Source: Chiayiivirga sp.
GTDB lineage: Bacteria > Pseudomonadota > Gammaproteobacteria > Xanthomonadales > Xanthomonadaceae
Assembly (NCBI GenBank): GCA_035703435.1
Contig: DASSYF010000016.1
Span: forward strand, 5,429-69,428
Direction of reading: 5' to 3'
Length of the DNA: 64,000 nt
Shown: positions 29,079 through 38,477 of the stretch, in pieces
Layout of the letters: each line of letters starts with the position of its first letter
How positions within the stretch are numbered: position 1 is the stretch's first letter
Made by a program: the position numbers and the translations under genes
Notes under the pieces: generated by a model
What the model was told of the DNA's origin: nothing
Database searches by the model: none
The model's input: the letters and a program-made list of their open reading frames with translations, nothing else

Positions 29079-29639
29079 TCAACGTCCGAGCGACTTGCCG
29101 GCGCGGCCAGGCAAGATCCGCAGCAAGGTGTTGTCGCGCACCAAGTAGTGATGAAACAGCGCGGCCAAGGCGTGCAAACCGATCAGGAAGTAGCCGATGT
29201 TGCCGATCTGTCCATGGATGTCTTCGATGCGATGGGCCAGATCGTCATTGACCGCGATCAGGGCCGGCAGCTGCAAACCAAAGAACGGGATCGGCTTGCC
29301 CTCGGCGCTGAGGATCATCCAGCCCAGAATCGGCATCGCGATCAGGAAGGCATACAGCGCCACGTGCATCACCGTCGTCAGGCCATGCTGCCACGATGGT
29401 GGCGGCGGAATGATCGGCGGCGCACGAAAGCGCAGCCGCAGCGGCACGCGCACCAGCAAGGACGCCAGCACCAGCAAGCCCAGCATGCCGTGCCAGGTCT
29501 TCATCAGCTCGCGTGGCTCGCTGCCGCGCGGGTAGATGCCGCGCAGCTCGATCAAGGCATAGATGGCGATCAGCAGTAGCAAGGTCAGCCAATGCAGGCT
29601 GATGCTCAAACGGTGGTAACGATCGGGTGTCGTGTTCAT
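29079..29639 (-). CDS. cybB: Cytochrome b561
   Basis: 'SISLHWL', 'KTWHGMLG', 'HVALY', 'HALAALFHHY..RDNTL.R.LP'. Confidence 0.9.
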   Translation of the reverse strand: MNTTPDRYHRLSISLHWLTLLLLIAIYALIELRGIYPRGSEPRELMKTWHGMLGLLVLASLLVRVPLRLRFRAPPIIPPPPSWQHGLTTVMHVALYAFLIAMPILGWMILSAEGKPIPFFGLQLPALIAVNDDLAHRIEDIHGQIGNIGYFLIGLHALAALFHHYLVRDNTLLRILPGRAGKSLGR

Positions 29640-29759
29640 GCCGCAAGCCCTCGGTCAGTGTCCCGCGCCGGTTGGCGTCGTGGTGTGCGCATCTTCGCCC
29701 AAGTGCGGTGCGCGCAACAGCCGGTTTGTCAGGTATCGATCGATCGGCCGCCCGCCTTG

Positions 29760-29859
29760 TTGATCCGGCCCTTGTCTTGTAGCAATGGAGCTTGCTCCAT
29801 TGACTGCCGAGCAAGCTCGGCAGCTACGCCAGACTCGTACAATTTTCGGGCCGGATCAA
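29760..29859. repeat. REP doublet nested in an outer inverted repeat, copy 2
   Basis: TTGATCCGGCCC ... GTAGCAATGGAGCTTGCTCCATTGACTGCCGAGCAAGCTCGGCAGCTAC ... GGGCCGGATCAA. Confidence 0.75.
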
Positions 29860-29887
29860 TAGTCATCGATGAGCATGTGCGCCGTGC

Positions 29888-29901
29888 TTGACCTGGATCA
29901 G
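29888..29901. promoter_or_regulatory. FNR/DNR-like box upstream of the DUF2249 gene
   Basis: TTGAC-CTGG-ATCAG versus consensus TTGAT-N4-ATCAA. Confidence 0.4.
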
Positions 29902-29958
29902 AGCCGACGCTGACCGCGCGGCCTAGCATGGCCACTCGTTTTGCGATCTGGAATGCCC

Positions 29959-30225
29959 ATGTCCTCGATGCTTGATCCCGAACCCAATGTCCACCTGTTC
30001 GATGCCCGTGGCATCGCGCGGCGCTTCCGTCATTCGGCCATCTTTGGTGCGCTCGGCGCGCTGCGCAATGGCGAGACGATGCGCTTCATGAACGATCACG
30101 ACCCGATTCCCCTGCTGCACCAATTGAATGATCGTTTCGGCGAGTTCCTCACCGTGACCTATCTGCAACGCGAGGTGGGTGGCGTGGTGATCGATTTCTC
30201 CATCAACGGCTTGCCGGAAGAGTGA
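29959..30225 (+). CDS. DUF2249 domain protein
   Basis: 'FDARGIARRFRHSAIFGALGALRNGETMRFMNDHDP.PLL.QL'. Confidence 0.85.
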   Translation: MSSMLDPEPNVHLFDARGIARRFRHSAIFGALGALRNGETMRFMNDHDPIPLLHQLNDRFGEFLTVTYLQREVGGVVIDFSINGLPEE

Positions 30226-30229
30226 TCTG

Positions 30230-30844
30230 ATGCCATTCCCCAGCTTCTTCGCCAAGGCACCGCGTATCCATCTGCGGGATGGGCTGGCCGACTTTCTCGG
30301 CGCAGCCGAAGACGGCCTGATGGAGTACGGCTACGAGGATGCCGTGCGCGTAGCCGGGCACTCCTGCCCGACCGTGGCCGGCTCATGGTTGATGGCGCGT
30401 GCGGCGCTGCGTGCCTTGTACCCCGATGGCCTTGCCGAGCGCGGCGGGATTCGGGTGACGATGCAGGCTGGCGAAGACGAGGGCACCACCGGCGTCATCG
30501 CGCAGGTGTTCACCTTGGTCACCGGCGCTGCGGCCAACAACGGTTTCCACGGCATTGGCGGGCGTTTCACCCGGCATGGCCTGTTGAGCTATGGCGATGC
30601 CAGCGTGCGGGGCATTGCGCGGGTGTGTCGCATCGATACCGGCGCCAGTGTCGAAGTAAGCATGGACCTGTCGAGCATCCCGCCGGTGCCGCAAATGCGC
30701 AGACTGATGATGCAGGCGATGGACGAGAACGCCGCGCCCGACGTGCGCGCCGCTTTCGGCGCGGCGTGGCAGGATCGGGTACGGCGCTTGTTGCTGGAGC
30801 ACGCCGATGACCGGGCCGTGATTCTGGTGCATCCCCTCGGCTGA
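30230..30844 (+). CDS. FmdE-like metal-binding hypothetical protein
   Basis: 'AGHSCPTVAG' His/Cys motif; 4 bp after the DUF2249 gene. Confidence 0.75.
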   Translation: MPFPSFFAKAPRIHLRDGLADFLGAAEDGLMEYGYEDAVRVAGHSCPTVAGSWLMARAALRALYPDGLAERGGIRVTMQAGEDEGTTGVIAQVFTLVTGAAANNGFHGIGGRFTRHGLLSYGDASVRGIARVCRIDTGASVEVSMDLSSIPPVPQMRRLMMQAMDENAAPDVRAAFGAAWQDRVRRLLLEHADDRAVILVHPLG

Positions 30845-30908
30845 GTCCGTACGCGTGGTCATTACGCCTGAATTGGTTCTGTAAAACGTAACAAATGCAT
30901 AATTTCAT

Positions 30909-30939
30909 TTGACGATATTCGGCTATTAGCCTAATATCG
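30909..30939 (+). promoter_or_regulatory. Sigma-70 promoter overlapped by a 27-bp imperfect palindrome
   Basis: TTGACG(30909)-17 bp-TAATAT(30932); palindrome CGATATTCGGCT-ATT-AGCCTAATATCG at 30913..30939. Confidence 0.65.
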
Positions 30940-30943
30940 TATT

Positions 30944-31429
30944 GTGAATACCGAACTCGACAACACCGACATCGAACTCCTCACCCTCTTGCAAGAAGGT
31001 GTCGGCCTGACCAATGCCGAACTCGGCCAGCGCGTCGGGCTTTCCGCACCGGCTACCCATGCGCGGGTGCGTCGCTTGCAGCAACACGGCCTGATCCGCG
31101 CCAACGTCGCCCTGCTCGATCACGAGAAACTTGGGCTGGATCTGGTCTGCTTCGTGCAGATCACCTTGCGCCTGCATTCGGCTGATTTGGTGAGCGAGTT
31201 TCGCCGCCAGGTTGCCGCCGTGCCCGAGGTGCTCGAATGCCACCACGTCACCGGCGAGTTCGATTACCTGATCAAGCTCGTCGTACCCAATCGCCACGCG
31301 CTGGAGCATCTGGTCGTCAACGTGCTCACCCCCTTGCCCGGCGTCGAGCGCCTGTGCACCAGCTTGGCGCTGTCGGAAATCAAGCAAACCCACGCCCTGC
31401 CCCTCGGCCATCTGCGCCAGGGCGGCTGA
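30944..31429 (+). CDS. Lrp/AsnC family transcriptional regulator
   Basis: 'LTNAELGQRVGLSAPATHARVRRL', 'ECHHVTGEFDYLIK'. Confidence 0.93.
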   Translation: MNTELDNTDIELLTLLQEGVGLTNAELGQRVGLSAPATHARVRRLQQHGLIRANVALLDHEKLGLDLVCFVQITLRLHSADLVSEFRRQVAAVPEVLECHHVTGEFDYLIKLVVPNRHALEHLVVNVLTPLPGVERLCTSLALSEIKQTHALPLGHLRQGG

Positions 31430-32878
<1,449 letters not shown>

Positions 32879-32900
32879 GGGTAGACGACACAACATCACC

Positions 32901-32928
32901 TTTCCGAGCTGCCTGTGCGGCAGCGTAC
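32901..32928 (-). CRISPR. Isolated type I-F-like CRISPR repeat (variant copy)
   Basis: Minus strand GTACGCTGCCGCACAGGCAGCTCGGAAA: 28 nt, CTGCC-5 nt-GGCAG hairpin, 8-nt GAAA handle; 25/28 identical to 33571..33598. Confidence 0.75.
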
Positions 32929-32974
32929 AAATGGATCTGTCACGTTCGGTGTGGACCAGTCATACACGGGACGC

Positions 32975-33002
32975 TTTACAACCCTTATTGCATCCTTATA
33001 CT
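32975..33002 (+). promoter_or_regulatory. Sigma-70 promoter of the TA operon, probably giving a leaderless toxin mRNA
   Basis: TTTACA(32975)-16 bp-TATACT(32997..33002); toxin ATG 7 bp further, no SD. Confidence 0.65.
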
Positions 33003-33009
33003 TGCGTCC

Positions 33010-33267
33010 ATGAACCGCATTGGCTGGACACCCAAGGCCGCCAAGCAATTGCGCAGGCTGCCAAAGACGGTGCAGGGTGACATCCGCGACGCGGTGCAGG
33101 ACAAGCTGCCGCACTTCCCCAAGTGCAGCGGCGTCAAGGCGCTGGTGAATCATCAGTACGGCTACCGCCTGCGGGTGGGCAATTACCGGGTGCTGTTCAA
33201 CTTTGAGAGCATCATCACGCTGGTTCGCATCGAAGAGGTAGGCAAACGCGATGAACGCACTTACTGA
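33010..33267 (+). CDS. RelE/ParE superfamily toxin (HigB-like, toxin-first)
   Basis: 'IGWTPKAAKQLRRLP...YRLRVGNYRVLF...IEEVGKRDERTY'. Confidence 0.9.
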   Translation: MNRIGWTPKAAKQLRRLPKTVQGDIRDAVQDKLPHFPKCSGVKALVNHQYGYRLRVGNYRVLFNFESIITLVRIEEVGKRDERTY

Positions 33268-33577
33268 CATCCAAACCATCAAGGGTGCGGACGGGCAGCC
33301 GGCATTCGTCGTGGTGCCGTACGCCGAGTACATGCGCCGCTTTGCCCATGAAGAAGGCCTGATTCCACAGGACGTGGTTAGCGCCACGGTGGACGGCGCC
33401 AGCCCGATGAAGGCATGGCGCGAGTACTTGGGGCTCACCCAAGCGGAGGTCGCCGTACGCCTTGGCGTGTCGCAGGCCGCCTACTCGCAGACGGAAGCCG
33501 CTGCGCGCCCTCGCAAGGCCACCGTGGCGCGGGTGGCGGCGGCGCTGCGTCTGGCAGTGGAGCAGCTGGATTTCTGA
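33251..33577 (+). CDS. Xre-HTH antitoxin (HigA-like)
   Basis: 'PAFVVVPYAEY', 'MKAWREYLGLTQAEVAVRLGVSQAAYSQTE'; 17-bp overlap with the toxin. Confidence 0.9.
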   Translation: MNALTDIQTIKGADGQPAFVVVPYAEYMRRFAHEEGLIPQDVVSATVDGASPMKAWREYLGLTQAEVAVRLGVSQAAYSQTEAAARPRKATVARVAAALRLAVEQLDF

Positions 33578-33598
33578 GCTGCCTGTGTGGCAGCGAAC
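33571..33598 (-). CRISPR. Isolated type I-F-like CRISPR repeat (consensus-like copy)
   Basis: Minus strand GTTCGCTGCCACACAGGCAGCTCAGAAA; matches the canonical I-F pattern GTTCACTGCC-N5-GGCAGCT-AGAAA. Confidence 0.85.
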
Positions 33599-33664
33599 TT
33601 TTGCAACCGCGCCTATCCGGGTCGACGGCGCGTTGCATGCGCATGGCCGAATCAGCCACCGAAC

Positions 33665-33931
33665 TCAGGACGAATCATCCCCGACACGTTCGACTCGCTG
33701 GCGAAAGTTCTTCACGTTGTCACCGGCAATGCGAGCGGCCCGCGTGCCTTTGATTTCGTCGATCTTGTGATCACCGTCCGCACCGGTGATCGGTTTGGCC
33801 TTGACGTCGGTTTCGCGTTCAAAGGCGTGCGACTTGTCGGTGTTCCGGTAGTACCGGTAGATCATCCAGTACAAGCCTATGGCACCGGCCGGGCCCATCG
33901 CGAGCAAAGCAAGACTGCCATCGTCACTCAT
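33665..33931 (-). CDS. Small single-TM hypothetical protein
   Basis: 'MSDDGSLALLAMGPAGAIGLYWMIYRYYRNTDKSH.FERET'; 2 bp downstream of the zinc-ribbon gene. Confidence 0.7.
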   Translation of the reverse strand: MSDDGSLALLAMGPAGAIGLYWMIYRYYRNTDKSHAFERETDVKAKPITGADGDHKIDEIKGTRAARIAGDNVKNFRQRVERVGDDSS

Positions 33932-33933
33932 GT

Positions 33934-35244
33934 TCAACTCCCGATGAGCCAAAGGGCGATTGCTTCCAGGAAGGTGCCCGTGGTGATGGAGGCGAGCAGC
34001 AATTTCCATTGTTGCACTGGGATGCTGCCCATGGTTTCGCCGGTGCGCCCGTTGACCGCGATGTAGTGCAACATGCCGCCGTTGCTGCCCGGTTGATGAT
34101 AGGAATAGAGCCACACCGGCAGGTACATCGAAACCCAGCGCGTGCCATGCACATCAAGGCGCTCCTGCAGCCAGCACACGCCACGATCGTAACGACGCAC
34201 CGAAGGCACCACTTGCGAGCGGGCGATCGATAACAACTGGTCTTCCAGTCGCGGTCGGAGTTCTTCGACATTGCTGTCGCGTTTTTCCGATGAAAAGCCG
34301 GACAGGTAAGACGCATTCCACTTCACCGCATTCTTGGTGTCGAACGGCAGGATGGTGTTGATGATGTTGTTGGTATTGACGCGCGAGTCCTGGTCGGCGC
34401 GCTCGCTGGATGACTCCAGGGGCAGGTCGTCCACGGTGAAATCCACATGCCGCTCGACGCGGTAGATATCCGCGTCGTAATAGGTTTTCTTGTCGTTGCC
34501 ACTGCCGCGGGTGTACTCGCGCGTTTTGATTTCACCCCGCCCCGCGACATCGGCGCTGGCATTGCCATCCACGATCATGTACGGCAGATACACGCCAACG
34601 ACATTCTCCGGCGTGAACTGCTCCTTGAAGGCCTTGAGTGCGAACAATCGACGCTTGTCGACGAACTGGCGGATGCGTGCCACGGCATCGTCTTTCTTGA
34701 TGTGGAACGGCAGGACGGCATCGGGCACCGCGCCATTGGCGATCTGCTCGTTGACGCCCAATACATGCCGACACCAATGACAGCGCGCGGTCATGGCGTT
34801 TTCGGTATTGACCGTCACCTCGGCGCCACAACCGCTGCACTTGAAGCTCATCAGGCTGGAAACATCGGCATCGATGTCCTTGGCACCGGAGGCAATCACC
34901 GTGCCTTGCAGGCTGTCGATGTCTTCCCCCAGACCGAAGGCTTCCTCGACACGCTGGCCTTGCCACTCGTTGCGGCAAAACAGGCAGACCAGCACGTCGC
35001 TGCCCGGCTTCTGCCGAATATCGGTGGCACCACATTTTGGGCAGCGATTGGCGCCGTCCTTGAGCTCGTCGGCGGCGGTATCAATGGCGACCGGATCCGG
35101 CGCAGTCAACTCATCCCGAATCGGCTTGGGCAAGGTCGAAGGATCAATCGGAAAACTACCGGGTGCCGGTGGCACATCACGCGGCGAGCCGGGACCTGTG
35201 GGTGCCGCCGGCGGGACCGGCGGCGGCGTCTTGGCATCAGACAT
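33934..35244 (-). CDS. TFIIB-type zinc-ribbon protein with C-terminal TM (YdjG-like)
   Basis: CPKC, CLFC, CSGC, CHWC motifs; 'AVNGRTGETMGSIP' then a TM helix. Confidence 0.8.
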   Translation of the reverse strand: MSDAKTPPPVPPAAPTGPGSPRDVPPAPGSFPIDPSTLPKPIRDELTAPDPVAIDTAADELKDGANRCPKCGATDIRQKPGSDVLVCLFCRNEWQGQRVEEAFGLGEDIDSLQGTVIASGAKDIDADVSSLMSFKCSGCGAEVTVNTENAMTARCHWCRHVLGVNEQIANGAVPDAVLPFHIKKDDAVARIRQFVDKRRLFALKAFKEQFTPENVVGVYLPYMIVDGNASADVAGRGEIKTREYTRGSGNDKKTYYDADIYRVERHVDFTVDDLPLESSSERADQDSRVNTNNIINTILPFDTKNAVKWNASYLSGFSSEKRDSNVEELRPRLEDQLLSIARSQVVPSVRRYDRGVCWLQERLDVHGTRWVSMYLPVWLYSYHQPGSNGGMLHYIAVNGRTGETMGSIPVQQWKLLLASITTGTFLEAIALWLIGS

Positions 35245-35263
35245 GTAGGCGCTACTCCGCAGC

Positions 35264-36415
35264 TTACAAACCCAGCGTCTTGGCCTTGAGGGCGTCGTAA
35301 TCGGCCTGCGTGATCAGGCCCAGATCGAGCATGTCCTTGGCCTTTTTCAATTTGGCGATGGGATCCTCGGCCGCCGGCGCAGGCGCGGCCACGGGCTGCT
35401 GGATGCCTGCGATGCCGCCCATCATACCGCCCGCCATGCCCAGGCCCATCAAACCTGCGGCGCCACTGGTTTCGCCCGCTGACTGGATGCCCTGCGCCAC
35501 GCTGGCCTGCAGGTTGGAGTTGCCACGCGAACCCATCAGCGCATCGGCACGCTGCACCGTCTTCAGCAACTCGCGGGTGTTGGCGTCGTATTCGATCGAG
35601 ACGATGGCGGTCTTGACGATCGCCAAGCCACGGTCGGATTTCCACTGGTAGGCGTTTTCCACCGCATCGCTCAGGCTCTTGGCAAAGCCGACCGAATCCT
35701 GCTGGATCTTGGTGATGCGATTGCCCTTGCTCGGATCATTGGTGTACAGGCTGAACGCGGGCGCCAGGGAGCCCACGACTTCGTTGAACAACTGACTGGC
35801 GGCGGCGTTGTCGAGATCGGTGAAATCGAACACCTTGCCGGCTTGCAGGTAGCTGGCAGGAACGAAGTTCTTCACGAACAAGATCGGATCGACGATCTTC
35901 AAGGTGTACGAGCCACGCGTGACCGCGCCAACCTGGGTGTTGAGGAAGCCATCGTCCCAGTAAATTTCCGACTGGGTGCCGAATCGGTTGTCCGGCAGTT
36001 CCTTGAGCGAAACAAAGAACGCCGCCTGTTGCGCGCCCGGCTGACCGCCAAACTTGAATCGCTCCCAGCTCTGCTTGATCAGGGCATCGACCAAGCCATC
36101 ACCGGAGAAGATCGACTTGGAGTTGATGTCGTCCGAACGCCACTCGTAGCCGCCCGGCTCGGCCGCAAAGCCGGTGATCTTGCCGTCTTGGAAAAGCAGC
36201 AGGCCGTACCCTTCCGGCACCACGATTTTTGAACCGTTGGTGATGATGTTGGATGAGCCTTGGGTGTTGGAACCCCGCCCTGCGTTGCTGCCTTGCGGTA
36301 CGGCCGCAAACAGCGCGGCGGTGGAAGGCAGACCCGCCGGCACCGTGTAGAAGTCCTTCCACTGGTCAGCCAACATGCCGCCGACTGCACCTGTCACTGC
36401 CTTGATCAAACCCAT
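35264..36415 (-). CDS. SPFH/band-7-like protein with C-terminal SHOCT (YdjI-like)
   Basis: 'MGLIKAV...ADQWKDF', 'SNIITNGSKIVVPEG', 'RFGTQ'; C-terminal 'KLKKAKDMLDLGLITQADYDALKAK'. Confidence 0.85.
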   Translation of the reverse strand: MGLIKAVTGAVGGMLADQWKDFYTVPAGLPSTAALFAAVPQGSNAGRGSNTQGSSNIITNGSKIVVPEGYGLLLFQDGKITGFAAEPGGYEWRSDDINSKSIFSGDGLVDALIKQSWERFKFGGQPGAQQAAFFVSLKELPDNRFGTQSEIYWDDGFLNTQVGAVTRGSYTLKIVDPILFVKNFVPASYLQAGKVFDFTDLDNAAASQLFNEVVGSLAPAFSLYTNDPSKGNRITKIQQDSVGFAKSLSDAVENAYQWKSDRGLAIVKTAIVSIEYDANTRELLKTVQRADALMGSRGNSNLQASVAQGIQSAGETSGAAGLMGLGMAGGMMGGIAGIQQPVAAPAPAAEDPIAKLKKAKDMLDLGLITQADYDALKAKTLGL

Positions 36416-36624
36416 GACTGCATCTCCCTGTTGCGCGGCCGGCACCGTGCCGGCCGTGGACCTGCACTATACGACCCCGGGCGCCCGAGTCGGACATCGA
36501 CATGAGGGGAGATTTCAATCGCGAGGGTTCGGTATCCGCGATCGTGAAGCCATGGTCAGCGCTCCGGCGTGATCCCGTTCGGCGCAGTCGGGATGTGTTG
36601 GTGTGTATTGAGTCCCACCCGCGT

Positions 36625-37110
36625 TCACGCCCCCGCTCCAGCCTGACGCAAGGCTTGCACCCAGCGCGTGCCGGTGCGACGCACGTTCCCCAGGGCTGCG
36701 ACATCATCGAACACATCATCCAGGTCCTGCGAGCCGGTGACGCCGTTGGGTTTGGCAAAGCTGATGCGCCAGCGGCTGCGTGCGGTGTACACGATCAAGC
36801 CGCCTTCGAACCAGTACCACGGCGAAGCAACACGGATCGCTTCCAGACGTTCGCGGAACAGGGTGCTGTGCTGGCCCAGCCGCAGTTGCGCGGCACTGAA
36901 ACCGGCACAATGCGCATCGCGTTCGAGTTTGCGCAGGTGCCAAGGCCACGCGGTGCCGCTGCCGTGCAGGCTCAAGCCCAGCATGCCGCCGGCAAGGCTC
37001 AGTCGCCCGGGCAGCGAACTCACGCCACGCAACAACCAGACGGGCGTGTCCATGCGCGCACGCCACCGTGGCGGATGCGATGCCGACGCCAACTCAGCGA
37101 CGCTGTCCAT
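36625..37110 (-). CDS. Hypothetical protein (start uncertain: 37110 or 37053)
   Basis: Protein-like 3' part of the long ORF 36625..37908; follows the rhodanese gene. Confidence 0.5.
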   Translation of the reverse strand: MDSVAELASASHPPRWRARMDTPVWLLRGVSSLPGRLSLAGGMLGLSLHGSGTAWPWHLRKLERDAHCAGFSAAQLRLGQHSTLFRERLEAIRVASPWYWFEGGLIVYTARSRWRISFAKPNGVTGSQDLDDVFDDVAALGNVRRTGTRWVQALRQAGAGA

Positions 37111-37981
37111 AATCCTGCCCCTGATTGCCCTGCGCCCGGTTGCGGTAGTCATCGTTGTTGTATTGCATCGCAGGAACACGTTGCTGCTGGGGGGCGCCGG
37201 CAGCCATTTGCTGAACGCTTTGCCACGCCTCCACGCCGCCGCGGTACCAGTAGACCTGCCGATAACCCAACTGGATCGCGCGCAGGGCGGCGTTGTAGGA
37301 CATCCAGCAGTGCGGGCCCTGGCAGTAGAACACCATGGGCCGGCCGGTATTGCCTTGCGTGGTCTGTTGCAGGAACTGGCCGAAGTTGCGTTGCACCTGA
37401 TCGTTGAAGGAACCCGGTTCTGCCGCACCGACGGCGTTCTGCGCCATCGGCAAGGTGTAGCCCGACCCCAACACATCGAATACCAGCAGGCCGTTCTGCT
37501 GGCCCTGTTGGTACAAGGCAAGCAATCGCGCGGTGGTGATGGTCTGACCACCTGGAATCGACGTTGGCGTGGGACCGTGCAACTGGGTCTGCAATTGGGC
37601 CTGTGGTGCGATGCCGAAATCCTGCATCTCGGTGGCCAGCGCCACCTGCATCGGGTTGCCGCCCCTGTTTCCGGCTTGCGGTGCCGCACCGAATCCGCCG
37701 GCCTGCGGCGCTTGACCGTAGCCGCTTTGGGCCGGCATGGAGCCGTAGTTGCTCGGTGCCGGTGCTTGTTGATAGTTGCCCTGTGCAGGGGCCGATCCAT
37801 AGCCGTCCTGCGCCGGCATCTGGCCATGGGTGGCCTGCACCGGTTGCGATGCCGTGGCGTCGTAGCGGGCCTGTTCATCGGGTGGGACACGGGTATTGGG
37901 TTCGCCAAAACTCTGCTGGCCGGATGCCATCAGCGGGAAAGCGGCGGCGACGATCAACGCAAGATACAGGCGGCGGTTCAT
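37094..37981 (-). CDS. Exported rhodanese-domain protein with Gln/Gly-rich repeats
   Basis: Signal peptide; 'FYCQGPHCWMSYNAALRA...VYWYRGGVEAW' (CXXCW-like rhodanese subfamily). Confidence 0.82.
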   Translation of the reverse strand: MNRRLYLALIVAAAFPLMASGQQSFGEPNTRVPPDEQARYDATASQPVQATHGQMPAQDGYGSAPAQGNYQQAPAPSNYGSMPAQSGYGQAPQAGGFGAAPQAGNRGGNPMQVALATEMQDFGIAPQAQLQTQLHGPTPTSIPGGQTITTARLLALYQQGQQNGLLVFDVLGSGYTLPMAQNAVGAAEPGSFNDQVQRNFGQFLQQTTQGNTGRPMVFYCQGPHCWMSYNAALRAIQLGYRQVYWYRGGVEAWQSVQQMAAGAPQQQRVPAMQYNNDDYRNRAQGNQGQDYGQRR

Positions 37982-38107
37982 GGCGGGTCTCCAGACGAGG
38001 ATGGTGCGTGGCGACTGTTCGCCAGGCTCACCCATCAAGGCGCAAGAGCGCGCCAAACCGGCTCACATGCCGTCACTGCCCACTACACTGGGGACGGTCA
38101 ACTCACG

Positions 38108-38353
38108 ATGCCGACGATGCGCAGTTTCGAAGATCCACATGGTCAGACGTGGCAAGCCGCTTTGCTCGATGCCTCCTACGGTGTGGTGCTGCTGATTTTC
38201 AGCCCGATGCATGCGGGCGAGCTGCGCCGTTACGCCATGCCCTCGGAGAATCTTGCGCAGGCCCAGGATGCCTTGGTCGCCATGGAGCCGGAGGCTTTGC
38301 ATCGCCTGTTGGCCGAGGCCGAAGTCTGGGATCCTGCCAGCGGCGGCTTGTAA
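38108..38353 (+). CDS. Small hypothetical protein
   Basis: 'MRSFEDPHGQTWQAALLDASYGVVLLIFSP'; followed by a terminator. Confidence 0.65.
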   Translation: MPTMRSFEDPHGQTWQAALLDASYGVVLLIFSPMHAGELRRYAMPSENLAQAQDALVAMEPEALHRLLAEAEVWDPASGGL

Positions 38354-38401
38354 CGCGGTTTGCGCCGGATAGCCAAGCCGCTTGGCGCCCAGTCGGCACA
38401 C

Positions 38402-38432
38402 AAAAAAACCGCCAGCATGAACTGGCGGTTTC
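38402..38432. terminator. Terminator between convergent genes
   Basis: AAAAAAACCGCCAG-catgaa-CTGGCGGTTT. Confidence 0.7.
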
Positions 38433-38477
38433 AAATTGGAACGGCGCATCCGCGTGGATGCGCCGTCCAGTTTCGGC

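Noticed and set aside
32929-32960. 32 nt next to repeat 1 shares ACACCGAACGT with 2387..2397, beside a TTGACA upstream of the island Xre gene
   Set aside because: An 11-nt match is expected by chance in 64 kb across all offsets; it is not in a seed position and no repeat handle precedes that segment.
32901-33598. Calling this a conventional CRISPR array
   Set aside because: Only two repeats, 670 bp apart; no repeat at +/-60 bp from either; no cas genes in the window.
32929-33660. Integron cassette explanation for the TA
   Set aside because: No recognisable attC (RYYYAAC...GTTRRRY) and no integron integrase nearby.
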